From positions 1,088 to 65,087 of the forward strand of contig CACZZQ010000009.1 of NCBI GenBank assembly GCA_902785695.1: DNA of 64,000 nucleotides. The letters are read 5' to 3'. Position 1 is the first letter of the stretch, and every line of letters starts with the position of its first letter. This DNA is from an uncultured Prevotellaceae bacterium (GTDB lineage Bacteria; Bacteroidota; Bacteroidia; Bacteroidales; Bacteroidaceae). Made by a program: the position numbers and the translations under genes. The notes below the pieces were generated by a model. The model worked only from the letters and a program-made list of their open reading frames with translations. It did not search any database and was not told where the DNA came from. Positions 17,358 through 27,283 of this stretch are shown one piece after another.

Positions 17358-19103
17358 ATGAGACGACTGATTCTATTGACTGTCATGTGGTTGCCCTTGC
17401 TGGCAATGGCACAGTACAAATCGCAGGTGTGGTGTCCCGACAATGGAGACGGCACCTATACCAACCCCGTGATTAACGCCGACTACTCAGACCCTGATGT
17501 CTGCGTGGGAGCCAGTGGTGAGGACTACTACATGACAGCCTCGTCGTTTCAATGCACACCCGGTTTACCAATCCTTCATTCCAAGGATTTAGTAAACTGG
17601 GAAATTATCAACTATGCTTTAGGCAACCTTTATGAGGGTGATGATGCCCTTCTTGCCCATTTCAGCAGCAAGCCCCAACACGGCAATGGCGTGTGGGCTC
17701 CCAGCATCCGCTATCACAATGGGTGGTACTATATCTACTGGGGTGACCCCGACTTTGGCGTGATGATGGTGAAGACCCAAGACCCAGCAGGCGAATGGAC
17801 CAAGCCTGTGTGTGTCATCAAGGGCGAAGGCTATATCGACACCTGTCCGCTTTGGGAAGACGATGGTGAGGACCAATCGTCGGACGGACGCTGCTATCTG
17901 GTAAACGGATGGGCCAACAGTCGTTCGAAGTATGCCTCTGTGCTGACAGTTCGCGAGATGAGTGCCGACGGCATGAGACCTGTCGGACAGCCTGTCATCG
18001 TGTTTGACGGCAACGGTACGGAGAATCGTACTTGCGAAGGTCCTAAGTTCTACAAGCGCGATGGCTGGTATTGGATTATGTGTCCGGCTGGCGGAGTACC
18101 CTCTGGTTTCCAGCTCGCTATGCGCTCAAAGTCGCCCTACGGTCCCTATGAGCATAAGATTGTCTTACAACAAGGAAAGACCAACATCAACGGGCCTCAT
18201 CAGGGGGGATGGATTCATACCAAATACGGTGAGGACTGGTTCCTGCATTTCCAAGACAAGGAGGCCTACGGTCGCGTGGTGCATCTGAATCCTGTGGATT
18301 GGTCAACAGGGTGGCCTGTCATGGGAAGCCTCACCCCCGACCCCTCTCGCGGGGGAGAGGGGAGTAATTACACTGGAGAGCCAGTGACCACCTGGCGCAA
18401 GCCCCAAACGACCAAACGACCAAACGACCAAACGACCAACCCCCAAGAGAGCGACGAGTTCAACGACACCAAGTTGGGACTCCAGTGGCAATGGCACGGA
18501 AACTATGATGAGAAGTTTGGCACAGCCACCGCTTTTGGCACTTATCGTATATACAACTATAAGTTATCTGAAGGATGGAAGAACTTCTGGGAGGTGCCTA
18601 ATATGCTGTTGCAAAAGACACCTGCCGATGAGTTTACTGTGACCACCAAACTGCGTTTCACATCGAAAGCCGACGGACAATTTGGAGGTCTGATCATGAT
18701 GGGCCTCGACTATTCCGCTTTGGTTGTGAAGCGTGTAGGAAAAGAATTCCAACTGGTACAGATGACTTGCAAGGATGCCGATAAAGGCAAGCAGCAGACA
18801 GAGACTGTATTAGCCACGCTGAAACCTACGGCAGAAGACAAGACAGACTATAAACCAGGCATCCACGAGGATATCTACCTGCGTCTGCGAGTAAGCAATG
18901 CAGAGGCTGGTGCACCTCATGGTGGTAAGCCTATGGTGCAGTTCGCCTATAGCCTCAACGGCAAGAAGTTCCAGGACTGTGGCGAGCTCTTCCAGATGCG
19001 TCAAGGCAAATGGATAGGCGCCAAGTTTGGTTTCATCTCTGCCGAGACTAACTCCAAGGCCGATCGCGGTTGGGTGGATGCCGACTGGATCAGGATACAT
19101 TAA
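17358..19103 (+). CDS. Glycoside hydrolase family 43 (beta-xylosidase/arabinofuranosidase) with C-terminal beta-sandwich, secreted
   Basis: Signal peptide; 'NPVINADYSDPDV', 'WAPSIRY', 'YIDTCP', 'CEGPKFY', 'GPHQGG'. Confidence 0.9.
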   Translation: MRRLILLTVMWLPLLAMAQYKSQVWCPDNGDGTYTNPVINADYSDPDVCVGASGEDYYMTASSFQCTPGLPILHSKDLVNWEIINYALGNLYEGDDALLAHFSSKPQHGNGVWAPSIRYHNGWYYIYWGDPDFGVMMVKTQDPAGEWTKPVCVIKGEGYIDTCPLWEDDGEDQSSDGRCYLVNGWANSRSKYASVLTVREMSADGMRPVGQPVIVFDGNGTENRTCEGPKFYKRDGWYWIMCPAGGVPSGFQLAMRSKSPYGPYEHKIVLQQGKTNINGPHQGGWIHTKYGEDWFLHFQDKEAYGRVVHLNPVDWSTGWPVMGSLTPDPSRGGEGSNYTGEPVTTWRKPQTTKRPNDQTTNPQESDEFNDTKLGLQWQWHGNYDEKFGTATAFGTYRIYNYKLSEGWKNFWEVPNMLLQKTPADEFTVTTKLRFTSKADGQFGGLIMMGLDYSALVVKRVGKEFQLVQMTCKDADKGKQQTETVLATLKPTAEDKTDYKPGIHEDIYLRLRVSNAEAGAPHGGKPMVQFAYSLNGKKFQDCGELFQMRQGKWIGAKFGFISAETNSKADRGWVDADWIRIH

Positions 19104-19185
19104 ACATTAAACATTAAAAATTAAACATTAATAATTAAACATTAAAAATTAAAAATTAAACATTAAAAATTAAAAATTAAACAAT
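19101..19185. repeat. Heptamer tandem repeat (AAACATT/AAAAATT), about 12 units
   Basis: Read directly; intergenic between the two GH43 genes. Confidence 0.85.
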
Positions 19186-19210
19186 AAAGCCAAAAGACCT
19201 AAAACCTAAA

Positions 19211-20947
19211 ATGAAAAGAGCAATCATCCTGGCAACGGCACTCATGTCGTTATACCTTCAAACAAAAGCGCAGACACTTGCGACGGAATATAAAGGGACA
19301 GGTAGTGGCAACCCCATCAGCCCCATCGTATTTTGTGCCGACCCTACAGCCATTGATTACGAAGGACGCCTCTATGTCTATGGCACCAACGATCACCAGC
19401 AATACATCGTCAACGGCAAAAAGAACTCCAACGGTTACGGCAACATCAAATCGCTGGTGGTATTCTCGACTGATGATATGGTGAACTGGACTTTTCATGG
19501 CACCATTGACGTGAGTAAGGTTTGCACATGGGCAGTACAGTCGTGGGCACCTTCTGCCGTATGGCGTGAGAAAGAGAATGCCAACGGCACAAAGACCAAC
19601 GAGTTCTATATTTATTTTGCCAATGGCGGTGGTAGTGTAGGCGTGATGAAAAGCACCAAGTCACCCCTCGGCCCCTTCACCTCGCCTTTGAGTAAGCCCA
19701 TGATTGACCAGAACACAGCAGGCGTAAGACCCTGCAACTGGGTGTTTGACCCAGGTGCCGTTATTGACGAGAATGGTGTGGGATGGATTGCCTTTGGAGG
19801 CGGTGACCCACAATCCACAGGCTCCAAGCTCTGGCCAGGCAACTCACGCATCGCAAAGCTGAAAACTACGATGACGGGGCTTGACGGTGCTGCCGTTAAT
19901 ATGCCAGCCCCCTATCTCTTTGAGGCCAGCGAACTGAATATCATCGGTGGACGTTTCGTCTATACCTACAACACCTCATGGGGCGATCGTCCTAACTGGA
20001 ACACTTACGAGAAGCGCAACGGACAAGCCGCTCCATCAGCATGTAGTATGTGCTATATGGTGACCGACACCCCACTCGACCCTGAATCCTGGGAGTATCG
20101 TGGTGAGTACGTACCCAATGAGGGCAGTTTCAGCGGTCTTGGTGCCGACTATGGCAACAACCATACTCATCTGCATAAGTTCAATGATGAATACTACCTG
20201 TTCTATCACGGCAACGTGCTGGAGAAGACGATGAAGGGCAAGAATGCTATAGATGGCAGTGCATCCGGCTATCGTTCCCTCTGTGTCAACAAGTTGACTG
20301 TTGACGAGAGCACGCAGAAGCTCAACAAGGTATCGATGAGCAAAACAGGCGTTAGTGCCATCAAGAACCTGAACCCCTACGAGCTACAGCAAGCAGAGAC
20401 GATGGCTACCTCTGGAGGTGTGAACTATGAAGACTTCAAGAACACGAAGAGCGTATCGAAGAGTTCGCTTGGCAATGATGCCTCAGAGAATCTGTACGTA
20501 AAGATGGCCGCTGGTGCATGGACGCAGGTTCGCAAGGTGGATTTCGGAAACAACGGTGCCCACTCATTTACGATGAGAGCAAGGGGTACTGGAAAAATGG
20601 AAATACGCCTATCCAGCAAGACGGCGAAACCTTCTGCCACATTTGAATTTTCATCGACAGCATTCCAGGATTTCATTTTCAATGTAGATCCTGCCGTATT
20701 CAAGGGAGTCAAGAATGTGTTCTTCGTATTTACGGAATCCAACAAGGTACAGTTTGACACCTGGCAGTTTACCGAGTACGATCCCGCTGGAATCACGGAA
20801 GCCAGTATGAGCAAAAACGGCGACACAGAAAAGAAGGTCTATGACCTCAGCGGACGCCGACTTACTAACGGCAGCAAGCATAGAGGCGTTGTCATAGAAC
20901 AATATATTGATGAGAACGGAGAAAGGAAAATACGTAAGCATATTTAG
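19211..20947 (+). CDS. GH43 arabinoxylan arabinofuranohydrolase-like enzyme with CBM6 and T9SS CTD
   Basis: 'FCADPTA', 'SWAPSA', 'FDPGAVID', 'LFEAS', 'GNNH', 'NPYELQQAET' CBM6 start, 'VYDLSGRRL' CTD. Confidence 0.88.
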   Translation: MKRAIILATALMSLYLQTKAQTLATEYKGTGSGNPISPIVFCADPTAIDYEGRLYVYGTNDHQQYIVNGKKNSNGYGNIKSLVVFSTDDMVNWTFHGTIDVSKVCTWAVQSWAPSAVWREKENANGTKTNEFYIYFANGGGSVGVMKSTKSPLGPFTSPLSKPMIDQNTAGVRPCNWVFDPGAVIDENGVGWIAFGGGDPQSTGSKLWPGNSRIAKLKTTMTGLDGAAVNMPAPYLFEASELNIIGGRFVYTYNTSWGDRPNWNTYEKRNGQAAPSACSMCYMVTDTPLDPESWEYRGEYVPNEGSFSGLGADYGNNHTHLHKFNDEYYLFYHGNVLEKTMKGKNAIDGSASGYRSLCVNKLTVDESTQKLNKVSMSKTGVSAIKNLNPYELQQAETMATSGGVNYEDFKNTKSVSKSSLGNDASENLYVKMAAGAWTQVRKVDFGNNGAHSFTMRARGTGKMEIRLSSKTAKPSATFEFSSTAFQDFIFNVDPAVFKGVKNVFFVFTESNKVQFDTWQFTEYDPAGITEASMSKNGDTEKKVYDLSGRRLTNGSKHRGVVIEQYIDENGERKIRKHI

Positions 20948-22424
20948 CATTCTACTCATTACAGTCCTACTAACGGTCTTTGAGTCAGACTTTCTGTTTC
21001 GCTTGGAGGAACAGAACCTCTTCCTGCACACGCCCTTGTTTTTCCAACAACACATGATGAAAGCAGGAGGGCTGCTTACATGGACAGGCTGTTATCTGAC
21101 TCAGTTCTTCTATTACCCCATGCTCGGCACTGGCATCCTATGCATGCTCTGGGTCTTATTCATGTGGCTCTGTAAACGTGCGTTCCTACTACAGAACATT
21201 TATCTGACGCTGATACCTGTAGCTTGTCTGGTGCTCACCATCACCACGCTGGGCTACTGGGTTTTCTACCTTAAGCTGCCCGGTCATGCCTTCTGTGCCA
21301 CCATCGGCAGTATCATGACAGTAGCTTTGGTTTGGGGCTACAGAGTCTTGCCTCGCCGCTACCATCTGCCATCAGTCTATATCGTCTTCACAGCAGGGGC
21401 AGGCTATCTGTTAATTGGGTTCTACGCCTTGATGGCAACCATCCTGATAGCCATTATCGCTTGGTGTAAGGAAAAGACATTATGGAATGACAGCATCCTT
21501 GCCATCATCCAAGTCATTGCATGGCCTCTGATGGACTACTTTTTCTATTCCCACGGAACCAACATCGTCAACATCTACTGGGCTGCCCTGCCCGTCTTTG
21601 TCCATCTGGGCGAGCGATGCTTTGCCTACAACATCCCCTATATCATTCTCTTTGCCAGCATGATATTGATGGCATTGGCACCGAGTATCAAACAGACTAA
21701 GTGGGTGAACCGAACCATCATTCTTGTTGTGACTCTCAGTCTGTTCATCTTTTGGAACCGTGATGACAACCTGCATCGCGAGCTCAGCATGATGCGCAGC
21801 ATTGAGGACGGGCAGTGGGAAAAGGTGTTGGAAACGGCGAAAGGCGTGAAGGGCGAGCCCACACGTGCCATGTGTATGATGCAGAACCTGGCACTCTACC
21901 GTCTGGGCCGTATGGGCAACGAGATGTTCAAATATCCCAACGGTGCGAAGCGTCCCAATGCTCCCTTCCCCATCCGCACCGTTCATACGCAAGGGAAGCT
22001 GCTCTATCTTCATTACGGCGTACCAAACTACTGTCACCGCTGGTGCGTAGAGGATGGCGTGGAGTATGGCTGGAGCGCAGAGAAGCTGAAACTGATGGCA
22101 AAATGCGCTCTGCTCAACAAGGAGCCAGTGGCTGCTATGCGGTTTGTGAACCTGCTGAGCAAGACCGACTTCCATAAGGCATGGGCAAAGCAGTATAAGG
22201 AATACATACAGAACCCCGCACTGGTTTATCGCGACAAGGAGCTAAAGCCCATCCTTCCACTGCTCCATCAGGACAACTTCCTGACTGGCGACCAGTCGCA
22301 GTTAGAGATGTTCCTCGTTGAACAGATTCTCAGCTCTCCGATAGAAAACAGAGAGCAAGAGGAACTGGCCCGCCTGACACAGTATTACTACAGGAACAAT
22401 CGCTTTAAAATCGTTGAGCAATGA
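20910..22424 (+). CDS. DUF6057-family multi-pass membrane protein with TPR-like C-terminal region
   Basis: 'EEQNLFL', 'GGLLTWTGCYLTQFFYYP', many TM helices, 'QNLALYRLG', 'CVEDGVEYG'. Confidence 0.7.
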   Translation: MRTEKGKYVSIFSILLITVLLTVFESDFLFRLEEQNLFLHTPLFFQQHMMKAGGLLTWTGCYLTQFFYYPMLGTGILCMLWVLFMWLCKRAFLLQNIYLTLIPVACLVLTITTLGYWVFYLKLPGHAFCATIGSIMTVALVWGYRVLPRRYHLPSVYIVFTAGAGYLLIGFYALMATILIAIIAWCKEKTLWNDSILAIIQVIAWPLMDYFFYSHGTNIVNIYWAALPVFVHLGERCFAYNIPYIILFASMILMALAPSIKQTKWVNRTIILVVTLSLFIFWNRDDNLHRELSMMRSIEDGQWEKVLETAKGVKGEPTRAMCMMQNLALYRLGRMGNEMFKYPNGAKRPNAPFPIRTVHTQGKLLYLHYGVPNYCHRWCVEDGVEYGWSAEKLKLMAKCALLNKEPVAAMRFVNLLSKTDFHKAWAKQYKEYIQNPALVYRDKELKPILPLLHQDNFLTGDQSQLEMFLVEQILSSPIENREQEELARLTQYYYRNNRFKIVEQ

Positions 22425-23950
22425 AAAGGATACCGTTCTATATACTTATCATACTGATGCTGTCGTGCCGACAAGCCCAAGTACCCACCGACTACAAGCA
22501 GTTGCAGGCCGCGCCCATTATCTACCCCGACTACACCGAGGTGACCATCCCTGTCAACATGGCACCGCTGAATTTCGAACTGCTTACACCTGCCGACGAT
22601 GCCGTCACGCGATTCTCGACCGACGGCTACGAGGTGCTGTGCGAAGGCATGAAAGCAAGGCCAGGCATCGAAGAGTGGAAGACGCTCACGGCAAAGGCTC
22701 AGGGAAAAGAAATCAGCGTAGAGGTGTTTGCCAAGAATGGCGAGCAATGGGCAAGGTTCCGGCCGTTCCGCATCCATGTCTCGCCAGACAGCATCGACCC
22801 GTGGATGAGCTATCGTCTTATATCGCCCTCGTTTGTATCCTACGAAGAGCTAACCATCAACCAACGCTGCCTGGAATCGTTTGACGAGCAGGTTATCGTT
22901 GACAATATGCTCTGTTCTACAGAGAGCGGTGGACAATGCGTGAACTGTCACAGCTACCAGCAGTACAACCCCGACAGGATGCAGTTTCATGCCCGTGAGA
23001 CCCACGGCGGCACCATCATTGCCTACGACGGGAAGATTGAGAAAGTCAACATGAAAACTGATGCTCTGCTCTCGGCTGGTGTCTATCCTGCCTGGCATCC
23101 CACGCAAAAGCTCATCGCCTACTCCACCAACAAGACCCTGCAGAGCTTCCATACAAGTCATGCCAACAAGATTGAGGTACTCGACTCTGAGAGCGACCTG
23201 ATTCTTTACGACATTGACCGCCATGAAGTAACCACCATAGAGCAACAGCCCAACGAGCTGGAAATCTTCCCCACGTGGACACCCGACGGACGCTGGCTCT
23301 ATTTCTGTAGTGCCCATTTTGAATATCAGGCTGGCAAAGCGGATATTGAGGAGATTACCATGCGTGCACAAGAGGTGAGATACAACATCTACCGCAAGGC
23401 GTTCGACCCTCAGACGAAGAGCTTTGGTGAGCGCGAAATTGTGTTCTGTGCCGATACGCTGGGCATGAGTGCCACCCTGCCTCGCATCTCGCCCGACGGA
23501 CGCTGGCTACTCTTCACCATGGGAGAATGGGGATGCTTCCATATCTGGCACCACGATGCTGACCTGTGGTTAGCCCCCCTGTCATCCCCCGAGGGGGACA
23601 CTATAGAAGCCCCCTCGGGGGCCGTAGGGGGGGCCTATCCTTTGACCGAAGCCAACTCTGACGATACAGAGAGTTACCACTCCTGGTCGAGCAACGGCCG
23701 ATGGATTGTCTTCTCCTCACGCCGCTACGACGGTATGTTCACCCGTCCGTTCTTTGCCCATATCGACAACGTCGGCAAGACCACCAAACCCTTCGAACTG
23801 CCCACTGCCGATCCCGACTTCCACCGTCAGTTCATGAAGAGCTATAACGTGCCGGAGTTCATGTGCGGCCCAGTCACCCTGAAGCCTCAGCAACTGGCCT
23901 GTGAATTGAAGAAGGAGGGCATTCCAGTTTCGTATGTCAGGCAAAAATAG
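22421..23950 (+). CDS. TolB/PD40 beta-propeller lipoprotein with CxxCH motif
   Basis: Lipobox 'LMLSC'; 'IYPDY..VTIPVNMAPLNF'; 'CVNCH'; PD40 repeats 'PTWTPDGRWL', 'PRISPDGRWL', 'HSWSSNGRWI'. Confidence 0.8.
   Translation: MKRIPFYILIILMLSCRQAQVPTDYKQLQAAPIIYPDYTEVTIPVNMAPLNFELLTPADDAVTRFSTDGYEVLCEGMKARPGIEEWKTLTAKAQGKEISVEVFAKNGEQWARFRPFRIHVSPDSIDPWMSYRLISPSFVSYEELTINQRCLESFDEQVIVDNMLCSTESGGQCVNCHSYQQYNPDRMQFHARETHGGTIIAYDGKIEKVNMKTDALLSAGVYPAWHPTQKLIAYSTNKTLQSFHTSHANKIEVLDSESDLILYDIDRHEVTTIEQQPNELEIFPTWTPDGRWLYFCSAHFEYQAGKADIEEITMRAQEVRYNIYRKAFDPQTKSFGEREIVFCADTLGMSATLPRISPDGRWLLFTMGEWGCFHIWHHDADLWLAPLSSPEGDTIEAPSGAVGGAYPLTEANSDDTESYHSWSSNGRWIVFSSRRYDGMFTRPFFAHIDNVGKTTKPFELPTADPDFHRQFMKSYNVPEFMCGPVTLKPQQLACELKKEGIPVSYVRQK
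23573..23635 (+). mobile_element. GC-rich palindromic element inserted in-frame (copy A)
   Basis: GCCCCCCTGTCATCCCCCGAGGGGGACACTATAGAAGCCCCCTCGGGGGCCGTAGGGGGGGC; encodes [21 protein letters not shown]. Confidence 0.75.
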
Positions 23951-25187
23951 AAGAAACGATATCCTGATAGATATTCTGGCCCACAGAAACACCGCCTGGG
24001 GGAAGTAAGTAAGTATTGAAAAAAGCCTCCCGTCCTTCACGTTTTGGATCTTGACCAAACAATACCACATCATCCAGGAAATGCTTGATGTCATCAGCAT
24101 TCGAACCAATGTAATGCTGCTGAAACGCCTGACGACCGAAGTCATTCACTGCCCCAATAGCCGATGTTACGTCACTTGAAACAAACATCACCGGATTACG
24201 AGAAAACAGATATTCGACAGTGAACGACCCGCAGTCGTGAATCATGGCATCCGACTGGGCAAACAATTCGGCATAAGCCCCACTTTCATACTGCGTATTC
24301 GGCATTGATGCCCACCGCTCATAGTAGTCGTTAGCTCGCTGCACGCCCCACTCCGGATGTTCATAAAGCATGGAGAGTAGGCGCGGGTGAGGCTTAAAGG
24401 CGAACTGTATGCTGTCAGCGTAGCTCTTTGCCAGTTCCAGCATGAGCTCTGCCATCCACAAGAACCCATTCCTATGCAACCCCTCGGCTGAGATAGAGAA
24501 ATGGGGAGCCCAGATAATGCGTTTCTTTTTACACTCCTGTGGTTTCCACACCATCTTGTCTGAAGGATGCAGGAAGGCATCGGCCAGCGGCGTGCCTACT
24601 ACCACCACATTGGCTCCCTTATTAAAAGCCAGGCGACGGGACTCCCCACGATGGAACTCACTCTCACAGTAGATGCGCCATGCCTGATTATGCAAAGCCG
24701 TATTGAAAGCCCACTGGGTGGAGAAAGTACAGACACCATAAGGCACATAACAGAGCAATTGCTTACGGTAATTGCGATTATCCAGTTGATTACCATACAA
24801 GTCGCCGTATGGCTGGGGATAAAAGATAATATCCGCACGCTTCATCGTGGCGAGGGCTGACTGCATTCCTTCCGGAGTTGAAGCCAGGATACAATGAACG
24901 CCAAACTCCTGAAAATAAGTATGCAGGACTTCGTTGTTGCGCCGTGTCTCATCTTCCGAATAGTTCGACACTGGATGTACTACGACCGTGCAGACAAACC
25001 TGTTATCAGTCAACATCAGACGAAGCACGCCATCATAACGCCACATGGGCAGATTTGTGGCTAAGAACACCACCTCTGCCCTGCCACGTTTCCGAATGTC
25101 TATTATTCTTTTATCATGGATGACCCGCTGTCGCCAAGTCTTCCAACAACGATAATAGAGGGTACGTAATAAAGGCTGTATCGTCAT
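23937..25187 (-). CDS. CDP-glycerol glycerophosphotransferase (TagF/TagB-like) family protein
   Basis: 'DIIFYPQPY', 'IIWAPHFS', 'FKPHP', 'SDAMIHDCGSFTVEYL'. Confidence 0.8.
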   Translation of the reverse strand: MTIQPLLRTLYYRCWKTWRQRVIHDKRIIDIRKRGRAEVVFLATNLPMWRYDGVLRLMLTDNRFVCTVVVHPVSNYSEDETRRNNEVLHTYFQEFGVHCILASTPEGMQSALATMKRADIIFYPQPYGDLYGNQLDNRNYRKQLLCYVPYGVCTFSTQWAFNTALHNQAWRIYCESEFHRGESRRLAFNKGANVVVVGTPLADAFLHPSDKMVWKPQECKKKRIIWAPHFSISAEGLHRNGFLWMAELMLELAKSYADSIQFAFKPHPRLLSMLYEHPEWGVQRANDYYERWASMPNTQYESGAYAELFAQSDAMIHDCGSFTVEYLFSRNPVMFVSSDVTSAIGAVNDFGRQAFQQHYIGSNADDIKHFLDDVVLFGQDPKREGREAFFNTYLLPPGGVSVGQNIYQDIVSSIFA

Positions 25188-26224
25188 AGACTATTCAAGA
25201 ACTGCTCTGCGCACCACAATTGCCACTTCTGGTTGCCTGTCAGCTGATTCATGGGAATATCGTCACGGAACTCAGGACGCTTGGGGCCTTCCCAATCTTT
25301 GAAGACAGCATCAACAGGACGCGGCATCGGTATCTTGAAAGGAATTTCCAAGTCAGGATATTTGATGGCATAGAGGCCACGCACCAGATATTTCGGTTCA
25401 CCATTACGCACACGATTCATATCCAACGGATCGGCCATCACCAGTTTGGCATACGGGTCGTAATAGGGCATCCAAGCGGCTCCAAAGGCATTCATATACG
25501 AGCTGCTGCTCTCTATAGAAAACACTTCATCCATGAATGTGAGCACATCAATACCATTCTCTCCCTGACGATATTGCTCGAAGAGTTCTGACTGGTCAAC
25601 GGGATTCTTTAGTACCAATTGGGGGGCAAGGAAGGTATAGCGTTTGGCAAAGGCATCAAATGTCCATTGCGGAGAAATCAGCTTATCCATTCCACCAAAA
25701 ATCAAATCTGCACTCTCGCCAACTATCATCAACTGCACCCCGTCTTGTTTGGCCATTTCTGCAGCCTTATAAATCTGGGGTTCAATAGAATGGACGGGGG
25801 CAAACTTCTGTTGCATCACGATAGGAGTATACTTCTTGTAGTCATCCATCGTGATGTCTATCAGGTGATGATTCAACTGTAGTTTCTTGCAATAGGTCTT
25901 TGCGCGTTCTACATCGGCATCAAACTCGCCCGAAGCGGAATTAAATGTATAGGCATGACTCCCCCGCTTCAGATATGCAGCCAAGTTAGCACTATCCATA
26001 CCGCCAGAAAGCAGGATGCCGATATGCTCGTATTTTGCATACAGTTCGTCGAACTGCTTCTGTATCTCCCTGTCAATATCCTCAGATGTCCGCACAGCTA
26101 TTCTGTCCTTCATCTCAACAGGACGGAAGTTCTTGTGTTGAAAGCCTTCGGCAAAATCTTTTCCGTCTTTCCATATATAGCGAAACGCCATATAAGAGCT
26201 TAAGCAATAATTCCTGTCTACCAT
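25184..26224 (-). CDS. Asparagine-synthase C-terminal-domain (PP-loop ATP pyrophosphatase) protein, paralogue 2
   Basis: 'GILLSGGMDS', 'VGESADLIFGG', 'KYLVR'; no N-terminal glutaminase domain. Confidence 0.8.
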   Translation of the reverse strand: MVDRNYCLSSYMAFRYIWKDGKDFAEGFQHKNFRPVEMKDRIAVRTSEDIDREIQKQFDELYAKYEHIGILLSGGMDSANLAAYLKRGSHAYTFNSASGEFDADVERAKTYCKKLQLNHHLIDITMDDYKKYTPIVMQQKFAPVHSIEPQIYKAAEMAKQDGVQLMIVGESADLIFGGMDKLISPQWTFDAFAKRYTFLAPQLVLKNPVDQSELFEQYRQGENGIDVLTFMDEVFSIESSSSYMNAFGAAWMPYYDPYAKLVMADPLDMNRVRNGEPKYLVRGLYAIKYPDLEIPFKIPMPRPVDAVFKDWEGPKRPEFRDDIPMNQLTGNQKWQLWCAEQFLNSL

Positions 26225-26233
26225 ATCGTTTTT

Positions 26234-27277
26234 TTATTTGTCAAATTTACTCAAGAAACGCTCCAAGCAGTAAAGCAGCCATTTCTGATTGCCACTGTAT
26301 GCACTGATATCGATGCCGTCTCTAAACTCCTTGCGCTTTGGGCCTTTCCAATTGGCAAAATACGCATCAACAGGACGGGGCATCGGTTGCTTAATGGGTA
26401 CTGTGGTCTCTGGGTATTTCATCCTGAACAGGTCACGAATCAGATATTTCGTGTCACCATTGCGGATTCTACCCAAATCGAGTGGCTTGGCCATTTTCAG
26501 CAATTCGTATGGGTCGATGAAATCCATCTCTGCTGTCTCAAAGGCATTTTCGTATGAAGCATAGCTCTCGTCAGTCACTATCTCGTCGTAGAAGCGCAGA
26601 TAGTCTATACTACTCTTTCCAAGACGGTATCGCTCGAAGAGGTAGTTCATGTCGTAGGGTTCTTTCAGCACTTCTGCCGGATTGACATAGACGGTTCTCT
26701 TTACATACTGGTCATAGCTCCAATTCTGAGATAGAAGGCCATCCATTCCTCCGAACACATAATCTGCTGCATCACCGATGACAAGCATCGTTATCCCGTC
26801 TTTTTGTGCCTGCTTGGCTGCGACATACAACTGGGGTTCTATGGAATGGACAGGAGCGCCCTTATGCTCCATCAACTTATCCACATTCTGGTCAACCGTA
26901 TTCCAGTCGATGTCAACGTAATGAAGATTTAGGTGATAGTACGAGGCATAATACTCCGCACGCTCCAACTCATCCTTCTGGTAGTTGCCTCCAAGGAAAC
27001 GGAAAGTATAGGCATCAGAACCTTCGGGCATATAAGAAGCCAAGATGGAACTGTCCATACCACCGGAAAGAAGCATACCCAATTTCTCGTGCGATATACG
27101 TCTGAACACATTACGAAGGGCAACGTCAATATCATGGGCATCGGATACCAGCACTTTCCTGCTAAGCGGCTGCTGTTTGTAAACCTGGTGGTGTAAGCCC
27201 TCGAAGAATTCTTTGTTGTCATCTTCCACATATCTCAGCGAAAGAAAAGAACTCATGCAATAACTCTTGTCAACCAT
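26234..27277 (-). CDS. Asparagine-synthase C-terminal-domain (PP-loop) protein, paralogue 1
   Basis: 'GMLLSGGMDS', 'IGDAADYVFGG', 'TKYLIR'. Confidence 0.8.
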   Translation of the reverse strand: MVDKSYCMSSFLSLRYVEDDNKEFFEGLHHQVYKQQPLSRKVLVSDAHDIDVALRNVFRRISHEKLGMLLSGGMDSSILASYMPEGSDAYTFRFLGGNYQKDELERAEYYASYYHLNLHYVDIDWNTVDQNVDKLMEHKGAPVHSIEPQLYVAAKQAQKDGITMLVIGDAADYVFGGMDGLLSQNWSYDQYVKRTVYVNPAEVLKEPYDMNYLFERYRLGKSSIDYLRFYDEIVTDESYASYENAFETAEMDFIDPYELLKMAKPLDLGRIRNGDTKYLIRDLFRMKYPETTVPIKQPMPRPVDAYFANWKGPKRKEFRDGIDISAYSGNQKWLLYCLERFLSKFDK

Positions 27278-27283
27278 TTCAAC

